Shown here in pieces: positions 19,345 to 29,315 of a stretch of 64,000 nt of DNA (positions within the stretch are counted from its first letter, which is position 1; the number at the start of each line of letters is the position of its first letter). The position numbers were made by a program, and so were the translations under genes. The DNA comes from a virus, in the IMG/VR virus record IMGVR_UViG_3300010883_026915, positions 1 through 64,000 of that record; one strand, 5' to 3'. Under the pieces are notes generated by a model. It was not told where the DNA came from. It saw only the letters and a program-made list of their open reading frames with translations, and ran no database searches.

Positions 19345-20103
19345 ATGCTATATAATAATATTAATGATTTTAAATCAAAATATGCTATCTTTAAATCAAA
19401 ATACGAAAATAATGATACATTTGAATCAACTGATCTATGTACAATATTAGACTCTAACAGGTCAGATAAATCATACCCTAGCGATTCAAAAGATAGGATT
19501 GATGATTATACAGAGCTTGTTCTAAAGAAAAAGAGATCTTTTCACAATTATTCTCTGTTCTATCATGAGTTTTTTTCACATATTAGAGAGGACAACATGT
19601 CAATATTTGAAGTAGGCCTGGGAAGTAATAATAGCGATGTTCGAGGGTTTATGGGAAATGATGCAAGACCTGGTGCATCTCTATATGCATGGTCAGAATA
19701 CTTTAAAAATGGAAGGATATACGGTGCTGATATTGATAAAAGAATAATATTTAATGACGATAACAAAAGAATAAAGACATACTGTTTTGATCAAGCAAAT
19801 AGAGATAGTGTAAGAAGAGCTTTTGATGAAATTGGTCACAAAGTTGATATTATAATAGATGACGGATTACACTTTCCAGAATACAATATGAAATTTTTTG
19901 AAAATTCATTTCAATATTTGGAAGAGGGCGGACTTTTTATAATAGAAGATTTGTTTTTGGCAAGACATACAACAAAAAACTTTAATAAACAACACAAGAG
20001 AAATCTAGAAAAAATAAGAGGTACATGTAGATTTGCAGATATACTAACACTAAAGTCTACATTTAATAAGAAAGATAATAACCTAATGGTGATTTTAAAA
20101 TGA
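19345..20103 (+). CDS. Class I SAM-dependent methyltransferase (sugar O-methyltransferase-like)
   Basis: SDK...HNY, FEVGLG, GASL..W..YF, YGADID, DQ, DIIIDDGLH, GGLFIIED. Confidence 0.8.
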   Translation: MLYNNINDFKSKYAIFKSKYENNDTFESTDLCTILDSNRSDKSYPSDSKDRIDDYTELVLKKKRSFHNYSLFYHEFFSHIREDNMSIFEVGLGSNNSDVRGFMGNDARPGASLYAWSEYFKNGRIYGADIDKRIIFNDDNKRIKTYCFDQANRDSVRRAFDEIGHKVDIIIDDGLHFPEYNMKFFENSFQYLEEGGLFIIEDLFLARHTTKNFNKQHKRNLEKIRGTCRFADILTLKSTFNKKDNNLMVILK

Positions 20104-21002
20104 AAAATGTAGTAGTTACAGGTGGTGCTGGGTTCATAGGATCAAATTTAGTAAAAGAACTTATTAAAATAGACATAAATGTAAAAATAATAGATGACTT
20201 TTCAAGCGGAAAAAGATCAAACATACCAAAGAGCAAAAATATTCATGTATGGAATCAGGATATATCAGATGCATCTGCAGAAGATCTTTTAAGCTTTATG
20301 AAAGACGTCGATGTTGTCTTTCACATGGCAGCAAGAGCACGAGTACAACCGTCTATTGATGATCCAGTGCCATTTAACAAGGCTAATGTTGATTCTACAC
20401 TAAAGATACTTGTTGCTGCAAAAGACTCAAATGTCAAAAGAGTTGTATATAGTGCTAGTAGTTCATGCTATGGTGATACAAAAATAATACCAACACCTGA
20501 GACAGCAGCTAAAAACCCTCTATCACCATATGGTCTTCAGAAATATATAGGCGAGCAATATTGTAAACTATTTAGTGAAATTTATGATATAGATACAGTT
20601 TCATTAAGATATTTTAACATATATGGAAGCGGAATGTCTAGCGATGGTGCATATTCTCTAGTTCTTGCAATATGGAAAAAACAATTCAATGAAGGCTACC
20701 CATTAACAATAACAAACGACGGAAATCAAAGAAGAGACTTTACACATGTAGATGATGTTATTAGTGCAAACATTCTTGCAGCAACATCTAAGAATAATTT
20801 TAAAGGCAAGTCATATAATATTGGAAATGGAAGATCCCTATCTATGAATGAAGTTTCAGATATGATAGGTGGAAAAGTAATATATTGTGAGAATAGAATG
20901 GAACCATTTGAAACATGTGCTGATAATACTAGTGCTATAAAAGATCTAGGGTGGAATCCAACAGGAAGTTTAAGTAATTTTATTAATAAGAATTTTAAAT
21001 GA
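20100..21002 (+). CDS. NAD-dependent nucleotide-sugar epimerase/dehydratase
   Basis: TGGAGFIGS, SPYGLQK, LRYFNIYG, RDFTHVDD. Confidence 0.93.
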   Translation: MKNVVVTGGAGFIGSNLVKELIKIDINVKIIDDFSSGKRSNIPKSKNIHVWNQDISDASAEDLLSFMKDVDVVFHMAARARVQPSIDDPVPFNKANVDSTLKILVAAKDSNVKRVVYSASSSCYGDTKIIPTPETAAKNPLSPYGLQKYIGEQYCKLFSEIYDIDTVSLRYFNIYGSGMSSDGAYSLVLAIWKKQFNEGYPLTITNDGNQRRDFTHVDDVISANILAATSKNNFKGKSYNIGNGRSLSMNEVSDMIGGKVIYCENRMEPFETCADNTSAIKDLGWNPTGSLSNFINKNFK

Positions 21003-21976
21003 GTAGTCTAATAGTATCAAGAACACCCTTGAGAATAAGTTTAATAGGTGGTGGAAGTGATCTATATTCTTACTATTCAAAAGCTGGGTTTGGAAAAGTA
21101 ATAAGTGTAACTATTGACAAGTATATATACATAACTGCCCACAGTAGATACGACGGATTAATAAGAGCAAGCTATTCCAAAACAGAAATTGAAAAAAATG
21201 TAAGCGAGATAAAGCACGATCTAATAAGAGAATCAATGAATCTATTGAGAATAGAATCAGGTATAGAAGTTACCTCTATATCAGACGTAACTGCATATGG
21301 TACAGGTTTGGGGTCTTCTAGCGCGTATACTGCTGGTGTACTAAATGCTTTATCAAATCTATGTGGAAAAAAATATAGTAGATTCAATCTTGCAAATGAC
21401 GCGTGCATTGTGGAAATTGAAAAATGCATGCAGCCAATAGGAAAACAAGATCAATTTTCATCAGTTTTTGGAGGACTAAATGAGATTAAATTTACAAACA
21501 ATAATGTATTTGTAAGTGAGATCAATACAAGTTCAGAAAATTTAGATAATCTATCAGAAAATTTATTATTATTTGACACAGGAATAAAAAGAAAAGCTTC
21601 TACAATATTAGCAAGACAGAAAAAAGGATATGAAAACAATAAATTAGAAATAACAAGAAAACTAGTAGATTTAGTCCCACTAATGAAAAATGCTATAGTC
21701 GAAGACATAAGCCTTGTTGGAGAGATACTTGACGAAAGCTGGAATATAAAAAAAACAGTAACTAGTGGAATATCTAATGATATAATAGACGAGTATTATA
21801 AGATAGCAATGAAAAATGGAGCATCTGGTGGAAAGCTCTGCGGCGCTGGCGGTGGCGGCTTTTTGCTTTTTTATGCAAATAAAAAAGATCATAAAAGATT
21901 GAGAAGTGCACTATGCAATATGAAAGAATTAAATTTTAAATTTGACTATGGGGGAGCAAAAATATTATGCAGCTAG
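20999..21976 (+). CDS. hddA: GHMP kinase, D-glycero-D-manno-heptose-7-phosphate 1-kinase-like
   Basis: RTPLRISLIGGGSD, GTGLGSSS, GKQDQ...FGG, GGKLCGAGGGGF. Confidence 0.88.
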   Translation: MSSLIVSRTPLRISLIGGGSDLYSYYSKAGFGKVISVTIDKYIYITAHSRYDGLIRASYSKTEIEKNVSEIKHDLIRESMNLLRIESGIEVTSISDVTAYGTGLGSSSAYTAGVLNALSNLCGKKYSRFNLANDACIVEIEKCMQPIGKQDQFSSVFGGLNEIKFTNNNVFVSEINTSSENLDNLSENLLLFDTGIKRKASTILARQKKGYENNKLEITRKLVDLVPLMKNAIVEDISLVGEILDESWNIKKTVTSGISNDIIDEYYKIAMKNGASGGKLCGAGGGGFLLFYANKKDHKRLRSALCNMKELNFKFDYGGAKILCS

Positions 21977-22461
21977 ATAGGCTAAAGCTTGAAATAGATA
22001 ATATAAAATCATATGTAGGCAAGCTAACAAATCTAGTTGAGTCTCATGATAGAGTTATAATAATAGGGAATGGTGGAAGTAACTCTATTGCATCTCATAT
22101 ATCACAGGATTACACAAAAGCTTTGGGAAAAAATGCAATATGCTTCTCAGATCCTTCAAGACTTACATGCTATATTAACGATTACGGAATGAAAAATGCA
22201 TATAGAGTTTTTATAGAAGAATTTTCAACAAAAGACACACTAGTAATTGCAATATCATCCTCTGGTAATTCTGACAATATAATAAATGCTGTTAAATATT
22301 GCAATAAAAATAACATAAAGACTGTTACCCTTTCCGGATTCGAAAAAGATAATAAGCTTAATATGCTAGACAGCGAAATTAATTACTGGGTAGACTCTAG
22401 AGATTATGGTGTTATTGAATGCGCACATCTTGTATTTCTTCATTCTATAATAAAATATTAG
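21967..22461 (+). CDS. gmhA: SIS-domain phosphoheptose isomerase-like protein
   Basis: IGNGGSNSIASH, TCYINDYG, ISSSGNSDNI, YGVIECAH; adjacent to hddA. Confidence 0.8.
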   Translation: MQLDRLKLEIDNIKSYVGKLTNLVESHDRVIIIGNGGSNSIASHISQDYTKALGKNAICFSDPSRLTCYINDYGMKNAYRVFIEEFSTKDTLVIAISSSGNSDNIINAVKYCNKNNIKTVTLSGFEKDNKLNMLDSEINYWVDSRDYGVIECAHLVFLHSIIKY

Positions 22462-22467
22462 GAAAAA

Positions 22468-22773
22468 ATGAGAATATTTGTAGATATCGATGGAACTATT
22501 TGTAAAACATTAAAAGATGATGGAGCTTGGGATTATAGGAATTCAAAGCCTATCCATACAAATATTGAAAAAATAAATAAGCTGAAGGCTGATGGCAATG
22601 AGATAGTTTATTGGACTGCAAGAGGTAGTACTTCTGGAATAGACTGGCATGATTTTACACATAATCAGCTTATGCTGTGGGGTTGTTTATTTGATGATCT
22701 TATATGTGGCAAAAAAAAGGGAGCCTTTGATATGATAATTGATGATAAAGCAAAGAGAATTGAAGAGATATGA
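22468..22773 (+). CDS. Small capless HAD phosphatase (paralogue of 19024..19341)
   Basis: VDIDGTIC, YWTARGSTSGIDW, IDDKA. Confidence 0.85.
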   Translation: MRIFVDIDGTICKTLKDDGAWDYRNSKPIHTNIEKINKLKADGNEIVYWTARGSTSGIDWHDFTHNQLMLWGCLFDDLICGKKKGAFDMIIDDKAKRIEEI

Positions 22774-23651
22774 AAATAGGGATAATAGGCCAGGGATTTG
22801 TAGGATCTGCTATAAAGGCGGGACTAAAGAATTTTTATGACATTAGAACATATGATATTGATGAGTCAAGATGTAACAGTACCCATCAAGCAGTTTGTTA
22901 TGAGTCAGATATTATTTTTGTATGTCTCCCTACACCAATGAGAAAAGATGGCAGCTGTGATACTAGAATGCTAGAATTCGCAATTGATAAAGCTTATAAT
23001 GTTTTAAAGGATGAGCACAAAATACCTAAACATTCTGATTTTCTAAATAAGCAAAATCATAAAAAGATCTTTGTAATAAAATCAACTGTACCTCCCGGGA
23101 CAACAGCAAGAATAGCTTCTAGCTATAAGGGTATTGACATTTGCTTTAGTCCAGAATTCCTTACTGAGGCGAATTCTTTTGAAGACTTTAAGAATCAGAG
23201 CAGAATTATCATAGGCGGCCCAAGACCGGCAACGGGCACAGTAAAACAAATGTTTAGAAAAGCATTCCCTACAATACCTATTGTTAAAACAGGAACAAAG
23301 ACTGCAGAAATGGTAAAGTACTTTACAAACTGTTTTCTTGCAACAAAAGTGACTTTTGCAAATGAAATGTATGATATATGCACTGCTGCAAATGTAGATT
23401 TTGACAAAGTTACAGAATATGCTCTACACGATAAAAGAATTGGAAATAGTCATTTAACTGTTCCTGGGCCAGATGGCGACAGGGGTTTTGGCGGCCATTG
23501 TTTTCCAAAAGACACAAAAGCAATTGTTTATTTCGCAAAAACACTAGGTATAGATGCAGAAGTTTTAAAAAGTGTTCTTAACAAAAATGATAAGATTAGA
23601 AGTGATAGAGATTGGGAAAAGATGAAAGGTAGAGCTATAAGTGAAGACTAG
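22770..23651 (+). CDS. ugd: UDP-glucose/GDP-mannose 6-dehydrogenase family, short form lacking the C-terminal domain
   Basis: GIIGQGFVG, VCLPTP, IKSTVPPG, SPEFLTE, AEMVKY..N.FLA, GFGGHCFPKD. Confidence 0.88.
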   Translation: MKIGIIGQGFVGSAIKAGLKNFYDIRTYDIDESRCNSTHQAVCYESDIIFVCLPTPMRKDGSCDTRMLEFAIDKAYNVLKDEHKIPKHSDFLNKQNHKKIFVIKSTVPPGTTARIASSYKGIDICFSPEFLTEANSFEDFKNQSRIIIGGPRPATGTVKQMFRKAFPTIPIVKTGTKTAEMVKYFTNCFLATKVTFANEMYDICTAANVDFDKVTEYALHDKRIGNSHLTVPGPDGDRGFGGHCFPKDTKAIVYFAKTLGIDAEVLKSVLNKNDKIRSDRDWEKMKGRAISED

Positions 23652-24063
23652 AATTATCAAAGGAATTATAGCCGGAAGCTTTGACCTAATTCACCCAGGC
23701 TACATAAAAATGTTTGAAGATGCTAGAAAAAATGCATGTGATTATCTAGTCATAGCTTTACAGAGTGATCCCACAGTCGAGAGGCCTGAAAAGTGTAAGC
23801 CTGTTCAGAGTGTAAGTGATAGAGAGTATATTTTAAGATCAATAAGATATATTGACGATATTGTTCATTATACAACTGAGGTCGAGCTGCTTGATATCTT
23901 AAAGAATTATGATTATGACGTCAGAATAATTGGTAGTGATTATTCAACTGATACTGGATTTACAGGTTGTGAAATTGATAAGCATGTGTATTTTCATAAG
24001 AGAGATCACTGCTACTCTCTAACAGACCTAAAGAAAAGAATAATAAATAGCGGAGTGTTATAA
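23641..24063 (+). CDS. HxGH-superfamily cytidylyl/adenylyltransferase (TagD/RfaE-II-like)
   Basis: AGSFDLIHPGY, K.KPVQS..DR, IIGSDY, RDH.YS.T. Confidence 0.85.
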   Translation: MKTRIIKGIIAGSFDLIHPGYIKMFEDARKNACDYLVIALQSDPTVERPEKCKPVQSVSDREYILRSIRYIDDIVHYTTEVELLDILKNYDYDVRIIGSDYSTDTGFTGCEIDKHVYFHKRDHCYSLTDLKKRIINSGVL

Positions 24064-24064
24064 T

Positions 24065-24958
24065 ATGAAAAATATAAGCCTGGTAACTGGAGGTTGTGGC
24101 TTTATTGGAAGTCACATCGTAGATAAACTTATAACATTGGGTAATGAAGTAAGAGTAATTGATGACCTGTCAGCACAAGAAAATGAGGAGTTTTACTATA
24201 ATGAAAAAGCTACCTACTGGAAGAAAGATATATCTAAAGATGACTGTAGCAATATTTTTAATAATGTTGACTATGTTTTTCATCTTGCCGCCCGCAGTCG
24301 CATTCAGCCTACTATTGAAAATCCCGGGGCTTGCTTCGATGTTAACGTAGTAGGTACACAGAGGGTCCTGGAATGGTCCAGGTTGAACTCTGTTAAGAAG
24401 CTTATATATTCTAGTACGTCTTCACTATACGGCCAACAGAATTCAATTCCGTTCCAGCCAAATATGCCTCCATATTGCCTAAATCCATACTCAATGTCAA
24501 AATGGATGGGAGAGCAAGTTTGCAAATTATATTTTCAGCTATATGATTTAAATTCAATAGTTTTAAGATATTTTAATGTTTATGGCCCAAGGGAGCCAAT
24601 CAAGGGCCAGTATGCTCCTGTTATTGGCCTTTTTAAAAGACAGTCAGCTGAAGGAGAAAGAATAACTATTGTGGGTGATGGATTGCAAAGAAGAGACTTT
24701 ACTTACATTGAAGATGTTGTTAATGCAAATATTTGCTCAATTGAGTCAAACATAGATCATAAAATTTACAATGTTGGAACTGGTAAAAATTATTCAATAA
24801 TAGAAATAGCAGATATGATAAATAACGGAAACGGAATTGAGCATATTAGTGAAAGACCAGCTGAAGTAAGAGAAACACTTGCAGATATTACTAAAACAGA
24901 GGTAGATCTTGGCTGGCGACCATTGCACTCGCTAGAAGAAAAGATCAGCAAGTATTAA
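24065..24958 (+). CDS. NAD-dependent nucleotide-sugar epimerase/dehydratase (paralogue of 20100..21002)
   Basis: TGGCGFIGSH, NPYSMSK, LRYFNVYG, RRDFTYIED. Confidence 0.93.
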   Translation: MKNISLVTGGCGFIGSHIVDKLITLGNEVRVIDDLSAQENEEFYYNEKATYWKKDISKDDCSNIFNNVDYVFHLAARSRIQPTIENPGACFDVNVVGTQRVLEWSRLNSVKKLIYSSTSSLYGQQNSIPFQPNMPPYCLNPYSMSKWMGEQVCKLYFQLYDLNSIVLRYFNVYGPREPIKGQYAPVIGLFKRQSAEGERITIVGDGLQRRDFTYIEDVVNANICSIESNIDHKIYNVGTGKNYSIIEIADMINNGNGIEHISERPAEVRETLADITKTEVDLGWRPLHSLEEKISKY

Positions 24959-24960
24959 GA

Positions 24961-25584
24961 ATGTCTGAGTTGATTTATCCTGTTTGTATTGGAATGGAAA
25001 GATCTGGATCTACAGTTGTATGGCAAATAGCATCACTAGTACTAAAAAATAGATTGGAAAAAACACATGACTATGTTGATGGCACATGTGATTGTATCTA
25101 CACCTATAGAGATCCAATAGCATGCTATATCTCACTAAGAAGAGTTTTTCTAGATGTATATCCTAGAGGTATAGCAGAAAATCATGCTATAAGAAGACTA
25201 TATAGCCATGCACAGTATTATAAAAACCTTCTAAGGGATAAGCGAAGAGGTCGAAGAGTTTTATTTTTAAAATACGAAGATTTCTACAACATGCAAGAAG
25301 AAAGAATTATTTATATTTCCAGGTTTTTAAATAAAAAACTTTCCGCAGAAGAAGTCAAAAAAATACTAAATCAGACTTCCATAGAGGAAAATCTTAAAAA
25401 AAGTAATAATAGAAACTTTGGAATAGTTGATAAAGATAGTAATTTACATGGATTTCATATAAATCCAGTAACGCTTGGCAACCCTGAAAGCTCTCTATCA
25501 AAAAAAGAAAATTATACACAAATAGCAGAAATAAAGAGTGATCCAAGAATGGTAGAGCTAAGAAAGATTTTCTGCTATTATTAA
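24961..25584 (+). CDS. Sulfotransferase-domain protein
   Basis: 5'-PSB-like GMERSGST, KTH, 3'-PB-like YRDPIACYIS, LKYEDF. Confidence 0.75.
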   Translation: MSELIYPVCIGMERSGSTVVWQIASLVLKNRLEKTHDYVDGTCDCIYTYRDPIACYISLRRVFLDVYPRGIAENHAIRRLYSHAQYYKNLLRDKRRGRRVLFLKYEDFYNMQEERIIYISRFLNKKLSAEEVKKILNQTSIEENLKKSNNRNFGIVDKDSNLHGFHINPVTLGNPESSLSKKENYTQIAEIKSDPRMVELRKIFCYY

Positions 25585-25598
25585 TAGTAAACACCAAT

Positions 25599-25627
25599 TT
25601 GAAAAATATTGTTTCTTATAGTAAAAT
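25599..25627 (+). promoter_or_regulatory. Sigma70-type promoter candidate upstream of the nuclease gene
   Basis: TTGAAA-17 nt-TAAAAT, followed by an AGGAG RBS and the ATG at 25644. Confidence 0.5.
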
Positions 25628-25643
25628 ATAACTAGGAGAAATA

Positions 25644-26495
25644 ATGGAAAAATTAATTACAAGCAGTTTTCCAACTGGGAAAAAACATATATCTTTTTCT
25701 GAAATAAAGATATGGAAAGAGTGTTCATGGAGACATAAGCTAGTATATATTGATAAAATAGACATGTTCGAACCGTCACCTTACCTAGATTTTGGAACTG
25801 CAGTTCACGAAGGCTGTGAGACATATTTAAAAAATAGATCTGTTAATGTTGAAAAGCTTAAGGAAAATATAGTTTCTGCATGGGAAAAGTATGGATTTGA
25901 TAATCCTGAATGGGTAGCTAAGCAACCATCATGGTATTTGAAATCATCTAATGTAGGTGTGGAAAAATGGTGTGAGTGGGCAGAAAATATGTGGGCAGAA
26001 GTTCCAGAATTTTTAGAAGAAACTTTTCCCGGATGGGAATGCTTTGATGCTGAGGAGACACTATATGAATCAATAGATAAAAAAGATATATTATTTAAAG
26101 GATTTATTGATGGTATTATAAAAGTGCCAAAGAAAAGAGGTGAAGGGAGCATTTATTGGATTATTGATTGGAAAACTTCTGGAGCCTATGGGTGGAGAAG
26201 AGATAAGAAGCAAGATCTAGGGATGACAGCACAATTAATTCTTTATAAGCATTTCTGGGCTAGAAAGCACGGAATCGATATAAAAGATGTTAGGTGTGGG
26301 TTTGTACTTTTAAAACGAGGGGGTAAGCAAGGCAAAATATGTGAACTAGTAACAGTCTCAGTAGGCCCAAAATCTCTTGAAAAAGGAAAAAAATTAATGA
26401 ACAATATGGTGGGATCTGTTCAGAATCAACTATTTCTAAAAAATAGAAATAGTTGTAAGTATTGTCCATACGAAAATACAAACTACTGTACATAG
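25644..26495 (+). CDS. PD-(D/E)XK nuclease, Cas4/RecB/AddB-like, with Fe-S cysteines
   Basis: HISFS...C, FGTAVH, E...FKGFIDG...IIDWKT, QL..Y, terminal CKYCPYENTNYC. Confidence 0.88.
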   Translation: MEKLITSSFPTGKKHISFSEIKIWKECSWRHKLVYIDKIDMFEPSPYLDFGTAVHEGCETYLKNRSVNVEKLKENIVSAWEKYGFDNPEWVAKQPSWYLKSSNVGVEKWCEWAENMWAEVPEFLEETFPGWECFDAEETLYESIDKKDILFKGFIDGIIKVPKKRGEGSIYWIIDWKTSGAYGWRRDKKQDLGMTAQLILYKHFWARKHGIDIKDVRCGFVLLKRGGKQGKICELVTVSVGPKSLEKGKKLMNNMVGSVQNQLFLKNRNSCKYCPYENTNYCT

Positions 26496-26562
26496 TATTC
26501 AAATTATTAACAATACTTCTTTTTATAGTATTATTTTTTAAACAAAGAGTGAAAATTTCTAG

Positions 26563-27804
26563 ATGAAAAAGAAAATATTAATTTTATCTGACCATGCATT
26601 ATCAACGTCAGGAGTTGGAACACAGACAAGACATTTAATAGAGGGCCTTCTCAAGAATAATAAGTATACATTTAGGCAATTTGGCGCCGCATTAAAGCAT
26701 AATGATTATAGGACAGTAGTTGTAAATGAAGACTTTATAATAAAACCCATTGACGGCTTTGGCGATAGAGATTTGCTTAGAGTTACACTTGCAACAGAAA
26801 AGCCAGATGCACTTATTATATTTACAGATCCAAGATTTTTTATATGGCTATTTGAAATGGAAGATGAGATACACCAGATATGCCCAATTGCATGGTGGCA
26901 TGTATGGGACAATACTCCGTATCCTAGATATAATGAGCCGCTTTATAATGCAACAGACTTAATAAATTGTCACTCTCATCATACATACAAGCAACTGTAT
27001 GATAAGTTTCCAGATAAGGTTAATTTTGTACCTCATTCAATTCCAGAGGAAATATTTAAACCTCTTCCTGAAAACATGGTAATAGATGAAAAGAGGAAAA
27101 TACTAGGAAAATCTAAAGAAAATCATTTTGTTGGAATATGGGTTAATAGAAATGCAAAAAGAAAGAGATCTGCTGATGTTCTTGAATCTTGGAAGCTATT
27201 TTTAGATAATTTAGAAAAAGATCATGGTCATAAAAATGCTACACTTATTATGCATTGTGACCCTCTTGATCACGAAGGACCAAATTTATTATCTGTTTCA
27301 GACATGCTTGGGATAAGTGAAAACGTAATGTTTTCAAAAGAAAGATTAGACTTTGATCAAATGAACGTACTATATAATATTTCAGATTTTTGTCTAAATA
27401 TTAGTTTTGCTGAGGGATTTGGTCTATCAACACTTGAGTCAATGCAGGCAGGAACACCTATAATTGCTCAAAAAACAGGAGGTCTGACAAGACAAGTAGA
27501 GGATCATCGTGATGGATCACAAAACGGTGTTGCACTTGATGTTGAGCTAAGAACATTAGTAGGCTCACAGCAAGTTCCCTATATATACGAGGATTATGTT
27601 TCAAATGAAACAACGTCGAAAGCAATTATGAAAATATACAATCTTGACGAAGACGAGAGGGAAGAATTATCAAATAAGGTTATTGACTATGTAAATAGTG
27701 AATTCAATCATCAGACTATGATTGATAAATGGGATACAACACTTTCCAGTTTAATTGATAACTGGAAAGATAACTATAAGAGATTTGAAATTACAACATT
27801 ATGA
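26563..27804 (+). CDS. GT4-family glycosyltransferase
   Basis: LSD...SGVG, NRNAKRK, SFAEGFGLSTLESMQAGTPII...TGG (EX7E). Confidence 0.92.
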   Translation: MKKKILILSDHALSTSGVGTQTRHLIEGLLKNNKYTFRQFGAALKHNDYRTVVVNEDFIIKPIDGFGDRDLLRVTLATEKPDALIIFTDPRFFIWLFEMEDEIHQICPIAWWHVWDNTPYPRYNEPLYNATDLINCHSHHTYKQLYDKFPDKVNFVPHSIPEEIFKPLPENMVIDEKRKILGKSKENHFVGIWVNRNAKRKRSADVLESWKLFLDNLEKDHGHKNATLIMHCDPLDHEGPNLLSVSDMLGISENVMFSKERLDFDQMNVLYNISDFCLNISFAEGFGLSTLESMQAGTPIIAQKTGGLTRQVEDHRDGSQNGVALDVELRTLVGSQQVPYIYEDYVSNETTSKAIMKIYNLDEDEREELSNKVIDYVNSEFNHQTMIDKWDTTLSSLIDNWKDNYKRFEITTL

Positions 27805-28982
27805 AAAAAATAAGAGCAATTATAAGAGCACCGCTACTTTCTGTAAGTGGATATGGAGTTCATTCAAGACAGCTACTTACATATCTTGAAAAGTCTGATT
27901 TAAATTTTGATATTGAAACACAGACTGTAAACTGGGGAAATACTCCATGGCTGCTTAATCCTGATCTAGAAAACGGACAGGTTGGAAGAGTTATGGAAAA
28001 AAGTATGAAAAAAGATGAAATAGCTGATGTTTCATTCCAAGTTCAGCTACCAGATGAATGGGATCCGAATCTTGCAAAGATAAATATCGGTCTATCAGCA
28101 ATACTAGAGACAAATCTTTGTAACAAGGAGTGGGTAACTGCTTGCAATAATATGGATGCAGTTATAGTTCCATCACAACATGCAAAAGAAGTTCTAGAGA
28201 TGTCTGGTAACCTTGAAACAGAACTATATGTTGTTCCAGAATGGTTTTTTCCAGAAATAATTGAAGAAAATTCAGCAGACGAATATTTTAAAAATTATAA
28301 TTTCGGTACAGATTTTAACTTTTTAATTGTATCTCAGCTAACAGGTCAAAATACTGACACTGATAGAAAAAATATATTTTATACACTAAAGTGGTTTTGT
28401 GAAGTTTTCAAAGATGATCCTAGTGTTGGAATTATATTAAAAACAAACCATGGAAGGGGGACATCTATAGACAGAATGCTAACTGAGAGCCTTCTAAAAA
28501 ATGTTCTATCAGATATTGGAAAGAAAGATTTTCCAAAAATACATTTCCTTCATGGAAATTTAACACCATCTGAGATGGCAGGGCTATATTCCAACAAGTC
28601 TGTCAAAGCATTTGTAAGTCTAACAAGGGGCGAAGGCTTTGGATTACCATTACTTGAGTCAGCTGCAGCAGGAATACCCGTTATAGCGACAAACTGGTCA
28701 GCTCACACAGAATTTTTATCAATGGGAAGATTTTTATCTATAAATTATGACTTAATAGATGTACCAGAGTCAAAAATTGACGGAAGGATATTTGTTAATG
28801 GAATAAAATGGGCCGACCCACACGAGAAAGATTTTAAGAAAAAAATAGCAAAGTTTAGAGAAAAATCTGAAATACCAACAGAGTGGGCAAAAGAACTATC
28901 TGCTAAAATAAGAAATAAATACTCTTCTAGTTCAATATGCAAGATGTATGACAGTGTTATCAAAGAGATATTAGAGGTATGA
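27801..28982 (+). CDS. GT4-family glycosyltransferase
   Basis: SGYGVHSR, VIVPS, DRKN, TRGEGFGLPLLESAAAGIPVIATNWSAH (EX7E). Confidence 0.92.
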   Translation: MKKIRAIIRAPLLSVSGYGVHSRQLLTYLEKSDLNFDIETQTVNWGNTPWLLNPDLENGQVGRVMEKSMKKDEIADVSFQVQLPDEWDPNLAKINIGLSAILETNLCNKEWVTACNNMDAVIVPSQHAKEVLEMSGNLETELYVVPEWFFPEIIEENSADEYFKNYNFGTDFNFLIVSQLTGQNTDTDRKNIFYTLKWFCEVFKDDPSVGIILKTNHGRGTSIDRMLTESLLKNVLSDIGKKDFPKIHFLHGNLTPSEMAGLYSNKSVKAFVSLTRGEGFGLPLLESAAAGIPVIATNWSAHTEFLSMGRFLSINYDLIDVPESKIDGRIFVNGIKWADPHEKDFKKKIAKFREKSEIPTEWAKELSAKIRNKYSSSSICKMYDSVIKEILEV

Positions 28983-29308
28983 TTGAATTGCTAGCTATTT
29001 CTAAGATTGTATTTTTTATACTCTTAGTGTTAGCTCTTTTATATTCTATCAGGCTAAATATAAAATTAGGTATCTATCTACTAGATGTTGAAGATTCAAT
29101 AGAAGAGTCACTTGATATTCTAGATGCTCAGTACAAATCTATATCATCAATATTAGAAATACCAATATTTTTTGATTCTATGGAAGTTCGACGTGTAATT
29201 GGAGATATAGAAAGAGCAAAGATAGCAGTATTAAAAGTAGCAAATGTTCTATCATCTGTAAGCGAAGTAGAGCAATATGAAGAAGTAGAGCAATCTGAAA
29301 AGGATTAG
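28979..29308 (+). CDS. Hypothetical protein with an N-terminal transmembrane helix
   Basis: Hydrophobic IVFFILLVLALLYSI followed by an acidic helical tail; ATGA overlap and GAGG RBS. Confidence 0.65.
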   Translation: MIELLAISKIVFFILLVLALLYSIRLNIKLGIYLLDVEDSIEESLDILDAQYKSISSILEIPIFFDSMEVRRVIGDIERAKIAVLKVANVLSSVSEVEQYEEVEQSEKD

Positions 29309-29315
29309 AATAAAA

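Noticed and set aside
25644-26495. CRISPR-Cas locus around a cas4 gene
   Set aside because: No repeat-spacer array or other cas genes seen; solitary Cas4/RecB-like nucleases are common in phages.
1154-28982. Ordinary bacterial O-antigen or capsule locus
   Set aside because: No flippase, polymerase, chain-length regulator, exporter or initiating phosphoglycosyltransferase; flanked by phage structural genes with the same strand and similar codon style.
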